A DNA stretch of 64,000 nt from the human T2T-CHM13v2.0 reference genome, Homo sapiens. The notes under the pieces are model-generated. The model saw only the letters and a list, made by a program, of their open reading frames with translations, ran no database searches and had not been told where the DNA came from. This document shows positions 40,773 to 56,527 of the stretch, piece by piece. Positions within the stretch are counted from its first letter, which is position 1. The number at the start of each line of letters is the position of its first letter. The DNA lies in NCBI RefSeq assembly GCF_009914755.1, contig NC_060929.1, one strand, 5' to 3'. The position numbers and the translations under genes were made by a program.

Positions 40773-42852
40773 TGAGAATTGTGGTTAATTGGTAGCCATC
40801 TGCAGAAAATCATGCTAGATCAATAAGGTAAAATTGAATTTTAAATGAATTAATGGGAGGCCAGGTAACAGGATCGAGAAAGGGTATGAATTGTGGAAAT
40901 TCCAGAGGGCTTTGCACATAGAAGCAAAAACCCCTTATAACACTAATAGTCTGAATGTACACTATATTAAAAGCAATAAAGTACTGTTTCTTTACTTCTT
41001 GAAATATTCTTTCACAATGCTTTTCATGGAGTTTGGAATAAAATATCAGACTATTTTGTCTTTCTTGGCTTCTTGAAGGTGGCAGGACTTACTTTCCCAA
41101 CAAGACAAAAATTGGAATGAGGTGGAAGATTATTTAAAAGAAAATAGCAAGTTATTAGAAAGAAAGAACTGACAGATGCTTGGGGGCTGGGGGTGGGTGA
41201 AATTCAACAGAAGTCCACAGTATACAGTCTGTATTTGGAAATTGGGAATAGATGACTTCAATGTCATCAGCACAGAATGGTGCACATATGGCATTAGGCA
41301 TGAACTTGCTAAATTCAATGTAAAGAGACTTTTCTAATACACCCCAAAATTTTTTCTTCAGTAGAGAATGTTGTTAAAATTTTTATGACATTTTTAAAAT
41401 GGCATAAATTAGATGAGCAGAACAATAAACTACTTCCAAGACAATTTCTTTTAAAGATGACTCTAATTTTATAGGTTTATTTTCTCTTCAAGATTTCTTA
41501 TTATTGCAAGCATTTGTATTTTTCATTGGTAAATTGAATAAAGTTAAAATATCCATTTTAGAATTCATGGGTGCAATAATATCAAAGTACACAGTGGTGT
41601 ACTTTGATAAGGCCCAAATATTGAATGCCATCATTATTAAAATATTTTCTTGCTTGTTTTCTCCATGTTATATTTCAAGAGGGCTAGTGTTCTTGCTAAT
41701 CATTATATATTGAGGTTGTTTGCCATTGTCTTATGCGTTTCTCACTATTTTTATATCCCTCGCTTTATTAAAGGTTTACAGCAGGAAAAACTGAAACACT
41801 GAAAGTAGATGGAATAAATTTTTTAAAAATATTCCCTAAGTTTCTGTTTTCAATACTTAATACTCAAAATATAATGCAAACTACCTCATAAAACTTTGAG
41901 CATACTACATCACAAATAAAGTAACTTAACTGAGTGGATTCACAGTGCTTTACAAGGTATCTAAATAGACAAGTCACTCTTTTTCACAATGAGTGTGGAG
42001 TTTTATTTTGTTCCATGGACGAGGGGACTCATATTCTAGTGTAACTTCTAAAATCATTTGGACCTTACCAAAATGTTACCTAAATTTAAAAATCTGTAAG
42101 ATGAGCCCCAATTTTTCTAAATTTCCATTTATGGTTTAGAGTTATAGGTGTTATTTATTTATACTGAATTTGATTAATTATTACCCATTATGCAAACAAG
42201 ATGGCAAATAATTAGAAAATTTGCACGATAGTTCTGATTCCTGAAGAAGCTGATAAATAACAAGTAAAAAGATTGTATTAGTCATAATTGGACTAATGGA
42301 TGAAAATGTATTGAATATGTCTTTAAAATTACACTACTTCATTTTGTTCTGGCCTCTAGAACACTACACGAAGTTTACACTACTAATGAAAATCTACTGC
42401 CAAAAAGTGACAGCTATAGGAAAATTATATTGCAGGTTCCTTTGAAGTCTATGAAGTTTCTGAGAAATGGATCTTGTCTTACACTTACAGGTTACTTACT
42501 TAGACTTAACACCTTAGAGACATTGTTTACATTAATCTAGTATGGCTAGGCCTGTTATAAAATAGGTGCCACCTCTCTATGGTAGCTAAATGTACAATGT
42601 GCTGATTTCTATAATAATATACTTATTTTTAAAACTAGTACTTAGCTTTAATTTACATTCTATTAAATTATATTTCTTGAGAAGACAGAATATTGCACAG
42701 TTGTTATTTTTTAGCTGTCATTTTGTTCCCTACAGTCTTGGTCTTACCCATAATAATGCATTAGTTTTACAATTAATTATTACAAATAAACTCATACTTT
42801 ATTGTCCATATACTGTTGCCAACAACAATAAAAGTGTTGTTTTCAGGTCTGA

Positions 42853-43244
<392 letters not shown>

Positions 43245-43558
43245 CTAGTTTTAACATCTCTTACTCCCTTCAAATTTCACTTTTATCTGTCTGTGATCAG
43301 GTCAAAATTATATCTTTAGTATATGCTTGGTTATTTCATATAAATGGAATCATGATACTTTCTCATTCTATTTTTTACACATCTGTTATTTGGCATTATT
43401 TATGTAGCCCTTCTGTGTAGTTATGCAGCATGCATGCACACAGGCAAACACACATTCAGACATACTCACATAGATACACATACACACAAACATAATCTAA
43501 GCCTTCATATTTCTTGAGTAAATATTTATTCCCTAAAGTTGCATATTTGGTTAACTCC

Positions 43559-43834
43559 TTTTTTTTTTTTAGTTTGAGACAGGGTCTCACTCTGTTGCCC
43601 AGGATGGAGTACAGTGGCACAATCATAGCTTTCTTTAACCTCTAACTTTTTTGGGCTCAAGTGATCCTCCCACCTTAACCTTCAGAGTAGCTATGACTAC
43701 AAGCGCAGGCCACCAAGCCTGGATAATTTAACAGAAAATTTATTTTTTGTTGATACAGGATCTCTCCCTGTGGTGCCTAGGTTGGTTTAAAACTCTTGGC
43801 CTCAAGCGATCCTCCCACCTTGAGTTCCCAAAGC
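43559..43834 (-). mobile_element. AluJ
   Basis: gagacagggtctcactctg...gggctcaagtgatcctcccacc...ctcaagcgatcctcccacc. Confidence 0.9.
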
Positions 43835-44182
43835 AAGGTAAGACTTTTTTCTTATATAATAGGCAAAGTTGGGCAATATAGCCAGTGATTTGGCTGAAAT
43901 AGACTTTCCAACCGTGTCCTAGTAAGTTTTCAAAAAATATATAACAACTTCCAACCAAACATGCTCAAATTGTATTGCATTTTATACTCTGTGAAAGCTT
44001 GTCACTATCACCTTAATGTGATTTTTTTCTGTATATAGTGAAAGAGTAATCAGATGTTTTAAAAGTTCAGTTATGTGTTTACTATTTCCCCATTGAGCAA
44101 AGTGTTCCTTATTCCTTAGATTAATTTATATTTAGTCTCACCACTATGACTACTTAGCGTCTCATCCTCTCTGTTGAAATAC

Positions 44183-44435
44183 TTCAATTCAACAAATATT
44201 GAATGAGTAGGCTTACTATGAAAAACAATTACTATTCTAGGTGTTAGTATGCTGGACAATAAATATACATACAAATGTATGCAGAGAGGGTATATATGCT
44301 GTGTAAATAAATAGAGCAAATTAAGGGGTATTTGAAAGGCAGATATCTTGTTGGGTAAAATTTCAATTGAAGTGGTCAGAGTTGGACTTAGTGAAAAGGT
44401 AGAACCTGAATAAGAACTTGATGTGAGAGCCACTA
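44183..44435 (-). mobile_element. L2 3' fragment
   Basis: ttcaattcaacaaatattgaatgag...actattctaggtg...gtggtcagagttggacttagtgaaaagg. Confidence 0.55.
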
Positions 44436-44881
44436 GTAAAGCAGTATTTTTCTATAGCAAATTTGATAAAATTTGATAATGTTATTTACCTTAATATCCC
44501 AAGACTTTTATGATACATTTCAAATTATTTTGACTAGTGCAAAAACATTATTTATGACCAGGTTCATGGTAGCACATCTTTTGCCATTTCTGTGCAATGC
44601 CTCTATTGACTGCTACTTGGATGTCAAATGTTATTGTAAACCTCTGTCCCTGGCTAGAAGTTTTCTCATTTGTTCAGGAGTATGCTCCACTCTCACCAAG
44701 TCTTCATTGGGAGAACTCCTATACATCTATGAATGCGCTCAGGTCTTTGGAAAGACATCCTACATCTGACAATCTAAATTTTCCTCTGAACTATCATATG
44801 ATTCAATCCAAGTCTCCATCTTGGAGCTTATTATATGGCGTAGTAATTACAAATAATTTAATCGCTTATCTTCCTCACTGA

Positions 44882-45194
<313 letters not shown>

Positions 45195-47399
45195 AAACTG
45201 AGTACTTTTAAGGCAAAGAGTAGGTTTTCATTTTCATACTTCCAGTATTTTTTCATACCTTTCTCAATAAAGCCCAATTACATTCTTTGGTATGTCTTTC
45301 ACATCCAAAAACTATTTAATGTTTCCATCATATTTTATTTCCTTTACATGGTTTGACAATCATCTCGGGTATGGTACACAATACAACATTGCTGGTAGTC
45401 CCATTAACTCCCTGCATTTTACCTTATTTTTACTCACTCAAATTATTTTTCAATCAAATTTTTTTTGTAATCTGTTGACTATTAACTAGTCAATTGACTT
45501 CCAAAAAATGTCCCTTTTTATTCCAGTATTTAAAATCACACCCTCGAACTGGTCTATGTTGTCAAAATTCTATTTTTTTTCTTATCCCTACATAAGAAAA
45601 CACTTACCTCAAACCCCATTAACTTGATGCATAAGTCAATTAATAAATCGATACTACTCATTCAGATGATCATCCTAATTGGGTGTCCTATGTTCTACAT
45701 TTCTCTATCTACCTTTATTCCCACTATATGACAAAATATCATTACATTCTTTCCTGAACTCTTCTTTAGTCTTGTAGTATGGAGGATTATATTATCCATA
45801 CAAAAGCTAAAGGAGGAAAAAATGTCTGGGTATCATATGGGTACATGTGTGTGCATGTTGTAGAGATTTTAAATTGAGTTTGAAGGACACACAAAATCAA
45901 TCAACTCACATATGTCATTGAACAGGTCATTTATTGTACAAAATCCAAAGTCACTTGAACTGAAATCGTGTGTAGTTCTCTTTGTAATTCCAGTTATAAG
46001 CTGAGATTAATGTCTTTGTTTCCAATTAAAATCATATGTAGTTCTCTCTGTAATTCCAGTTATAAGTTCAGTTTCATGTCTTTGTTTGCAATGCCCATGG
46101 ATGTTATTACTTGAATAAATATTTAGGTTTGAGTTCAACTATTATGTTACCTTGTCATCCTGCTTGAAGTATTTAATACACACACACACACACAAACACA
46201 ATATTTAGAAGTATCATTATTTATCATTGCTATTTAAATTATGTCCTAAAACCAATACTTTGATTACCTTTCTGCTCTCCTCCGTCTTTCCTGTCAGGAT
46301 ATCAGTTTCTAGTTTGGTTATATAAGTGGTTAAAATTTATATGGACTGCTCCAAGGTGTTACATTACCATGTGGAGTTGGACCAATTGCTACTACTTCCA
46401 TAATTAATATAGCAATGTGATGCAGAGTTCCTTTTTTATTCTTTTTGTAAAAGCCTATTTTGAAGAGATTTATAGTTTCATACTGGAAGTGAATTTATTT
46501 CCATAGATGCAAGAGTTCTGCTGCTGCTTTTGACAGTAAATATAGATGACTCTCATCCAACTTACTAACCAAATGCAAGCTTGCTTATATGTCATAGAGG
46601 ACATTACTGTTCAAAGATGAAAGTAAAATTGATGGTTGGGTACTAAGTGATGAGGTACATAATCCACTTACCAAGAAAGATATTTAAATTTGAAACACAT
46701 TAAATGGATTTTACTTCAAAGTCATCAATTGGGTATATATTAATTCAATTTTGGAGCATCACTTCTGAAACTAACAGTTTTTTTTTCAAAACAATAAGCT
46801 TTAACACTATGTTATTATATAAACAGCCAAAAGTGGGTTATTGAAGTTCTCTAAAGAGCTCTCAAAACTTGAAAAAAAAATAGCTAAACTAATTACATTC
46901 CACACCAAGTTTTATAAATAACTTTAGTTTAAAAATATCTAAAATAAATATTTATTTTCAGTTCCAAGGTTAGATACAAGGTATGAATAGAGAATTAAGA
47001 TGTTCTTATCACTACAATTACTTCTACAGTCTACAGTTCTATGAAAGGAGGACTGTCTTGTAGAAAGAATTTCATAATTAATGTATTTTATTTATTTTGA
47101 AAAACAAATAGTACACTATTTATTGTATGGTTTGAGGCTGATGGATTTTATTTATGATAGAAAATACCTTGAAGTTCATACATGGCAGTGTTCTAATAAA
47201 GGTGAGAGTCTTAATAGATCAAAAACCATGAAGAAATCTTTGCCAGTCTAAAACAAGATGGCATCAGATCAAAAAAGAAAAACAAAGTTCAGGACAAAGC
47301 AGGGAATTGTCATCAAAGGTGGGAGGAATGTAAAGAAGACATCAATCCGAAGGGAGGTGAAAGTCAGGGACAAATGAATGGAAAAAGATTTGAAGTGGT

Positions 47400-49720
47400 A
47401 TGTTAAAATAAAAATAATGTATATTTGCAGAAAGTTAGGTGAAATACACCTATAAAACAAAAAGTAAGTTGGTATAACAGGTAGATTTAAAAATGGAAAT
47501 TTTATTGTAAAATAATCAATCTTTTGAATAGCAAAATGGAGAGTTTATAGGAAAAATCAGTGAACTAGTGAATGGAGGTTCAAGAATATCTCCCAAAATA
47601 TAACAAAAATATAGTATAAAAATAAGTAAGCATAGGGAATAAAGGGAGAAATCTTCAAATTGTATAAAATAATTTCCAGAATAAAGTGAAGAGAGATTGT
47701 GTGGGATGTAAAATTTGGAAAATTTAGAACTGTTAAATTGTGGTTTTTCAATATTAGAGTACACTGATTTCTGAATCAGAAACTTTGTTTAACAGCAAGA
47801 TCTATTTATACACATGGCATTGGGATTTCTGAACATTAGGGAAAAAGTACAAAATTCCAAAAGGTAGTAGAGAAAGAAGGAAAAAAAAGAGAAAATGGAC
47901 TGAGAGAAATAAATAAAAATAGAATAGTAATATTGTCACAATATTTTCTATAAGCAACATTAGATGAAAGAGAATTTCAGAGCAATAACTACAGAATACT
48001 AAGAAAAACTCTGGTGCTGAGAATATAAAATAATATATTTAGCTCAACTCTAATTTTGTTATGAAAGTGATGAAGATATTTTCAGTCATATAATATTTAA
48101 ATATTTTAGGCATTAGGCTTATAACATAAGAGCTATAAATATTTACTTCTACAAAAATTATGGATTTTTAGGCAGTGGGATACAGAAAGCAGTGGAAAAC
48201 AGACATCAGTGTATCTTTATGTTTGATCAATAAAAAAGTAAAGTTTATTATAACTGTATAGTTAAAAGTGCAGGTGTTAGAACGATGATAGTTGTTGAGT
48301 ATAGTCTTAGTAAAACAGATTAAGAAGCTTAATAGGGATGTATAGTTGACACTATACTTTTTTTAAAAAAAAAAGCTAAACACAAAATTATAATGTTAAA
48401 GGGAACCACTAAAGAAATATGAATAGAAGATATTATTCTCCAACTAATAGAGCTAAAAAGTAACAAACAAATGACTAAATAAAACAATCAAACAAACAAA
48501 CAAAAAAAGCAGTGTATGAGACAAATAAATGCAAGGGAAATTGAAGAAGTAGAAAAATATTATAAATAAAAATCAGATAATTACAATAGTAATGATAACC
48601 ATAATAATTCAAAGTATAAGAAATAACATGTATTCTATACAAAAGAGAAAAATTTAAAATGGTATAGGAATGTGAGAATAAAAATCACAGAATAAATAAA
48701 TAAAGATAAAGGAGAGAACTGACAAATAAACAATCATGTAACAGGCAACATCCTATCTTGTGAAAGAAATGGAAAAGATGCAAGAATGTTGATAAAAAGA
48801 ATAATTCACCAAGATGACATAGCAGTCACAAGTTTGTATTTACCCAATATAATAGCTTTACATATGTAATAGAAAGGGCCAAAAAATTAAAATATTTGTT
48901 GAAGACTGATATTATACCCCCAGAAATCAAGATATAAGGTGGAAAAAAAGAGTATGCAAGGATTTAAATACTGCAATTATGAAAATAAGCCAAAGAGCTG
49001 TAATAAAGAGCTGTAATACTGTATATCCAGTAAAAAGAGATTTAATATTTTTTCAAGCAAAAATCATGATTTACCATATAATTATTTATATTTTCATAAA
49101 TAAATCACTATAAACTTTCAAAAAAATCTATAATGAAAACCATGTTTATTCTAGAAAATAATCATTTTTTAACTTCTATGATAAAATTAATTGAGGAAAT
49201 AATAAAACACTTTCCCTAAGCCCATATAAAACTATTTCTGAATAATTCTTTATTAGATGAAACATTAAAACTAAATGAACATAGCTTTTCACTGAAATGA
49301 TCACAAATGATAATTACATTAACATAAATAAAATATAAAGTATAAAATGTTACAGAATAAACAGAAATTTAATAACAGAAATAGTTCATCAAATAAACAA
49401 ATCTAAAAGAGAGGGACCATAATTAGAGTAAATTAAATTAAAAATAAGACAGTAATATGAAAATATAGATTCAAATATGCATATTTATGTGACTAAAATG
49501 GAAAAATTTTCTAAAGCTTATCAAAAACCAAAATTGGCTCCAGGAATTATACAAAAATCTTAATAAACCAAAAATAAATGGAAATACTTAAGAATGAGGA
49601 ATGTAGCTGTTGTAAAAATTATTCAAAGCATAGAAAACATGACAAGCTACCTAATCTAATGCATTTGAACATGCTTATATAACTCAATTACCAAAATGAG
49701 ACAAGGTCAAACCAAGAAAA
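47400..49720 (+). mobile_element. Very old L1M/HAL1-like ORF1 and ORF2 5' remnants
   Basis: Strongly A-rich strand; ataattcaccaagatgacatagcagtcacaagtttgtatttacccaat resembles the L1 endonuclease IHQEDITI.N.Y.PN motif; aaatggaaaaattttcta...ccaaaattggctccagga. Confidence 0.6.
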
Positions 49721-49784
49721 TTTATACACAGATACACACACACACCCACTCATACACTTTCACTAATTTAATATCACATAGTAT

Positions 49785-50012
49785 TTCCTAACAAGCAATC
49801 ACAATACGTCAATGACAAAAAGCAATAAACCTTTATTTCCAATAAATCTGTGAGTTGGCTGGTCAATTCTTCTGAACTGGCACAGGCTTGCTAAGCTCAG
49901 CTGGGCTTGTTCAATTAGTTGATGGGGCTGGCTTGTCAAGATAGCCTTACCTAAAGGGGCTTGGACACTACAGGTGGACTCAAATTCCAGCAGACTAGTT
50001 CAGGCATGTCCC
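49785..50012 (-). mobile_element. MLT1H-like LTR fragment (host of the THE1B)
   Basis: aatctgtgagttggctggtcaattcttctg...ctcagctgggcttg...tccagcagactagttcaggcatg. Confidence 0.6.
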
Positions 50013-50371
50013 TGTATTAATCTGCTTTTATGCTGCTGATAAAGACATACCCAAGACTGGGCAATTTACAAAAGAAAGAGGTTTAATGGACTCACAGTTC
50101 CACATGCCTGAGGAAGCCTCACAGTCATGGTGGAAGGGGAAAGGCACATCTCACATGGTGGCAGACAACAGAAGAGAGCTTGTGAAAGGAAACTCCCCTT
50201 TTTAAAACCATCAGATCTTGTAATATTTATTCACTATCACAAGAACAGCACAGGGAAGACCTGCCCCCATGATTCAATTACCTCTCACCAGGTCCCTCCT
50301 ACAACATGTGGGAATTGTGGGAGCTAAAATTCAAGATGAGATTTGGGTGGGGACACAGCCAAACCATATCA
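50013..50371 (-). mobile_element. THE1B solo LTR
   Basis: tgtattaatctg...gctgctgataaagacatacccaagactggg...gggacacagccaaaccatatca. TSD gtccc/gtctc. Confidence 0.93.
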
Positions 50372-51066
50372 GTCTCCATGGTGAAAATCATAATGGGAAG
50401 GAAAAAAAAAGATAGCATTACCATAGCACTAAAAGTGTTATTTCTAGGACAAAACTTAATTGGTAAATTTTTTGATGTATTTTAATAAGAAGCAGATAGG
50501 ATTTCTTTATGATGTTAATGCAAGTTGTCAGGAAAAAAATGAATCGAAGTTGAATCTCAAGTTTTGGCTTCAGAAAACAGATATTGACAAAATTTGTAGA
50601 AGAGTAGGAGAAAAACAGCTTTGGTGATTTGGTGGTGATGGCAAAAATAAGATTTCTTTTTCACATATGTTAAGTGAATATATCAATAAGCCAGTTCATT
50701 AAATGAGTCTAGAAATCAAAGTTAATCCTGAATGAATTTATGTGAGAATCACTGTATTTCCATATTAACTACAAACTAAAAATTAAATAAAAGGTCAATG
50801 TTTTGGTCAGTTTCTTTAGATTTGTAAAATAAGAAATTTGTAAAAATTTAACGGGTAAAAGGAAGTGTCACTACATCCTTATTATCATATTTTTGGAGAT
50901 AAAAATAATAACTGTACACTGCAGATAAGAATATGGGTGGAAAATAACTACAAAATTATATTAACACAAAAATTATTATTCCAACTGAGTTCAATTGAAT
51001 TGGATCTCTATAATATTGATATAAGAATTCATATTTATTGAAACCTTGAAACATAAAGAATCTTAG

Positions 51067-51411
<345 letters not shown>

Positions 51412-51594
51412 AAGTGTTGGTTTTTATAGAAAGCTTAAGTGCTGGTATAGCCTAGAATTAATACGGTAAACACAAATAATACTATACCTGAAACAATCAA
51501 TGCATAAACAGCATTAAGTGGCATCCTTAGACAACTAAAAATAAGATTCTGGATCATATCAACCTATGCCAGCAAAGAAGCTTAATCTTTCTTA

Positions 51595-51770
51595 GAGGCA
51601 GTATGGTATACCAGGAAAAATAACTACTGTGTAGAGATATAAAACAGTGACATTTTCAAACTTGGGCTCCACAACTTTGAGCATGTTACTGAATTTTTCT
51701 GAACATCAATTAATGCATGCACACGTCTAACAGTGGGAAAAACAATAGCTGTTTAACCTGCTAATGTTGG
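51595..51770 (+). mobile_element. MIR fragment
   Basis: gaggcagtatggtata...ttcaaacttgggctccac...ctttgagcatgttactgaatttttctgaacatcaatt. Confidence 0.5.
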
Positions 51771-52960
51771 ATTTTTTCAGTCGCTTATGTTTTAATCTTC
51801 TACATGTTAATGTAAAAGCTGCTAGAAAAAGTTAATACACAAGAATATCTAAAAAAAGCATAAGATTCTTTCCAGTTAGAATTAGAAGGCTGAAACATCT
51901 TGGAGACACCTAGCTAGACAAGAAGTTATCCAGTTATTGGGGCAACTCAATAGCAAAAGAATGTGCTTTATTTGGTCTCCTTCTGGAAACTAGACTCTGT
52001 GGGTTTGTTCTCCTGTTTTGCAAGAATGAAGTAGAATACTGAATACAGAAAATACTAAGGAAAAATATTTAAAACTATTCTGTAACTTTATCCATAAGGG
52101 ATATAGACGTAACTGATTCACAAAATGTACGAAGGTTACTCTAAACCAATGAGAGCTGTAATCAAGAAACCATTTCCAGGTATCTGCAGCTGGGAAGACA
52201 CAATAATCTTTCCACCATGTTTATGTAAATAAAATATAATCACTATCCGTGGGAAGTGAAAAACTGTTTGGGGGAGGAAGTAGACTAAATTATATTTTGA
52301 AGAAACACATGGGCATATTTTTTTACTGATTTATTGCCACTATACAGATGGTCTGAGATGAATCATGGCAAAAAAAAAATTATAGAATATCCTTGAAGTT
52401 TCAGCTATTTTTTTTCCATTTTGATAATTAATTGTTCATGTCCTTCATGAAAAATAAATACAAAAATTCAAAAAAATTTCCATCAATAGCATTAAAATCT
52501 TTATAATATTGTTATATTTGTTTCAATTGCCCTTGTCTGAAAGTCAAGGTGAATAAAAATAAAACATACTTAATAAACAAAATTCAAAATTGGCATTTTT
52601 AACTATTGTAGAAAGAATATTTCAAAGGAAATAATAATAAATAACTATATTCACAATATTAAATAAATGATAACTATATATGAACACATAGGTGTATATA
52701 CATATATAAGCATTTATATTTGGTGTATATGTACACAGGTACAGTATATACAGTATGTACATATATAAAATTTCCAACTATATATAAAGTGAGAGCAATG
52801 TATTAGCTTTTTTTTTTTGGTTGAGGGAGGGGGTGTAATAATGTTGGTACTATTATTAGGGTTTTCTTTTCAAGAAAATAAAATCTAAGAATAATGTAAA
52901 TTACTAAGATAACAGAAATATTTAACTGTATAGGTTATTCTAAACATTTTTTTCTGAAAC

Positions 52961-53491
52961 TGAGGCAGAAGAATAGGGCCTGGAGGTGGGGAACATAAGG
53001 CTGATCCATGCTGACTTTCTAGAACTAAATCAAATGAAAGCACTTCAGCAATGACAAGAATGTGAATGGCTTTGTAACTTCACATTCATCCTCTCTATTT
53101 ACGTAGACCACACACACCAAGTAACATCTTCTTTATTTACACTTTGTAACTTCACATTCATCCTCTCCATTTACCTAGATCACACACACCAAGTAATATC
53201 CTCTCCATTTACAATAGGGCACATTCTGAGTAAATGACCCTGTGACTTCACTTCATTCTCTTCATTTACATAGAATATATGCCAAGTAACCAATAGGAAA
53301 TCTCTTGAGTATTGAAACCCCAGAATATTCTATAAGCAGGGCTCTTAAGACCTTATGCTCGGGACTGCTCCCACACTGTGGAGTGTACTTTCATTCTCAA
53401 TAAATCCTTGCTTTTGCTTTCCTTGCTTTGTGCATTTTGTCCAATTTTTTGTTCAAGATGCCAAGAACCTGGACAACTTTTACAGGTAACA
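52961..53491 (+). mobile_element. MER61-family ERV1 solo LTR
   Basis: tgaggcagaagaatagggcctggagg...caagaacctggaca...ggtaaca. Perfect 4-bp TSD aaac; CCAAT near 53290, AATAAA near 53399. Confidence 0.9.
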
Positions 53492-54362
53492 AAACTACTT
53501 ATGAGAACAGAGAAATATTATATTGGTTTTTAACTATAAATATAGAATATATTAAATTCAAGTTAATAAACTCTCATATAAATAAACCAGTATGCATGTG
53601 TAAAGATGTAGTTTCTTAGATAATATTGTTTTAATATATAGAGCTGTATTGCTGAGATTCCTTTGCAAACTAGTGACTTAAAATTGATATGACTTTCATA
53701 TTTTTAGAGAAAATAATTAATGGACACTATTTATCTTACTTTTTTTCTGGATACTTTCAGCTTAATAGTTTTTACATATGATCTCTTGAACTTGTCACAA
53801 AGTGATGTGTAAAATATTTTCTAATTTCTTTCTTTAATGGAATTTTATTGTCTCATGTAAGCATGCAACTTGCTTACATGAGACATGTAACACAAAATCA
53901 TATAGAAAAGATGTTGTGTCATATGGTCTTGAGTGTTCTAGTCCAGGGGTTCCCAAACCCCAGGCCACAGACTGGACTCGTGTGGGTCTGTGGCCTGTTA
54001 GGAACTGGGCTGCATGGCAGGATGTAAGCAGGGGGCCAGTGAGCAAAACTTGGTCTGTATTATAGCCACTCCCCATCCCTCACCTGACTTGCCTGAGCTC
54101 CTCTGCCGTCAGATCAGCGGTGGCATTAGATAATCAGCTGCATGAACCCTATTGTGAAATGCACATGTGAAGGCACAGTTGCATGCTTCTTATGAGAATC
54201 TAATGCCTGATGATCTGCCACTGTCTCTCATCACCCCAGATGGAATAGTCTAGTTGCAGGTGTAAACCCCAAAAATCTGAGACAGGTTCCATTTAATTTA
54301 GAAAGTTTATTTTGCCGAGGTTTAGGACACGTGTCTGTGACACAGCCTCAGGAGGTCCTGAC

Positions 54363-54791
54363 TGTAAGGTTAGCCGAGAAAGGGCAAGAGAGAGAGAGAG
54401 ACCCAAGGTCAGGTGAGTAAGTTCATTAAGCTGCAGGGCTGCTCCACCACAGTCAGAGGAGGAAGCCCTGAGCTTACAAAATGAGGGGTTTATACGGGGG
54501 AAAGAGACGCTGGGGTTGTTCATGGATTAACTTTACCACATATCGTCTCGTGACTGGCTTACGATATAGGAATTTACAAGAGGGTGTAACTTAGGTTTAT
54601 CCACGTTTCTCATGACCTCCCCCATGCCACTGGAGGGCTGTAAGCAAGTCTGGTGACCTTGCTGTAGCGCCTAGATAAGGGTCCAAGAATGCAGCTGCAG
54701 AGTATTCAGGGTAAGGGTCAGTGGCATTGAGTTGGCAGAGGGTGGGGGGAGTGGGGGAGTGGGGATGTCCTGGGGCAGCTTGTCCCTAAAA
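54363..54791 (-). mobile_element. MER48-like (HERV-H48) solo LTR inserted in MER4A
   Basis: tgtaaggttagccgag...gtattcagggtaagggtcag...ggggcagcttgtcccta. Perfect TSD ctgac at 54358-54362 and 54792-54796. The family name is from recall. Confidence 0.75.
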
Positions 54792-54892
54792 CTGACGACC
54801 TGTGCCCAAGATGGTCAGAGCACAGTTTGGTTTTATGCATTCCAGGGAGACAGGAAACATTAAACAACATAAGCAAGATAAACATTGGTTCA

Positions 54893-55460
<568 letters not shown>

Positions 55461-55529
55461 ATCTCGCCACTGCACTCCAGCCTGGGAGACGGAGCGAGAC
55501 TCGGTCTCGAAACAAACAAACAAACAAAA
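55461..55529 (+). mobile_element. Second Alu 3' end with (CAAA)n tail
   Basis: atctcgccactgcactccagcctgggagacggagcgagactcggtctc, followed by TSD copy aaacattggttca at 55530-55542. Confidence 0.92.
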
Positions 55530-56174
55530 AAACATTGGTTCAGTCTGGAAAGGCGGGACAACTGGAAGCAAAGGTGGAACAACTGGAAGCAAAGGTGGGA
55601 AGACTTGAAGCAGGGAGTGGACATCCAGGTCATAGGTCGATAAGAGAAAAACGGTTGCATTCTTTTGAGTTTCTGATTAGCCTCTCCAAAGGAGGCAATC
55701 AGATATGCATTGATCTCAGTGAGCAGAGGGGTGACTTCGAATACAATGAGAGGCAGTTTGGCCCTCAGCAGTTCCCAGCTTGACTTTTTCCTTTAGCTGA
55801 GTGATTGGGGCATCGAGATTTATTTTCCTTTCACACAGGAAAACAAGCTCAGAACTCTCATTGATTCTCAATTATGGTGAGTTGTATAATTATTTGATTA
55901 TTTATTACACTGTAATAACAATAGAAATAGAGCACAATAAACCTGATGCACTTAAATCATCCTGAAATCTTCCCCAACCCAGGTCTATGGACAAATTGTC
56001 TTCCATGAAACCGGTCCCTGGTGCCAAAAAGTTTAGAGGCTGCTGTTTTCGTTGAATAAAATGACTTACTCTAACTAAATCATTTAAGGAATAATTAATT
56101 ACATAAAAAGATAAAAACCTTGAAACACGTTAATTCGTTGAGAAGCCAATTTCTTGAGGAAAAATGAAGGTAAT

Positions 56175-56527
<353 letters not shown>

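Noticed and set aside
46495-46660. Candidate coding exon after ttatttccatag
   Set aside because: The ATG frame stops after 8 codons, and there is no convincing donor or protein similarity.
48992-49017. 13-bp tandem duplication aaagagctgtaat x2
   Set aside because: Ordinary slippage duplication inside an old L1 remnant.
55553-55612. 21-bp repeats encoding a coiled-coil-like QLEAKVE peptide, or a CRISPR-like array
   Set aside because: Internal repeat of the MER4A LTR; no spacers, and the context is eukaryotic.
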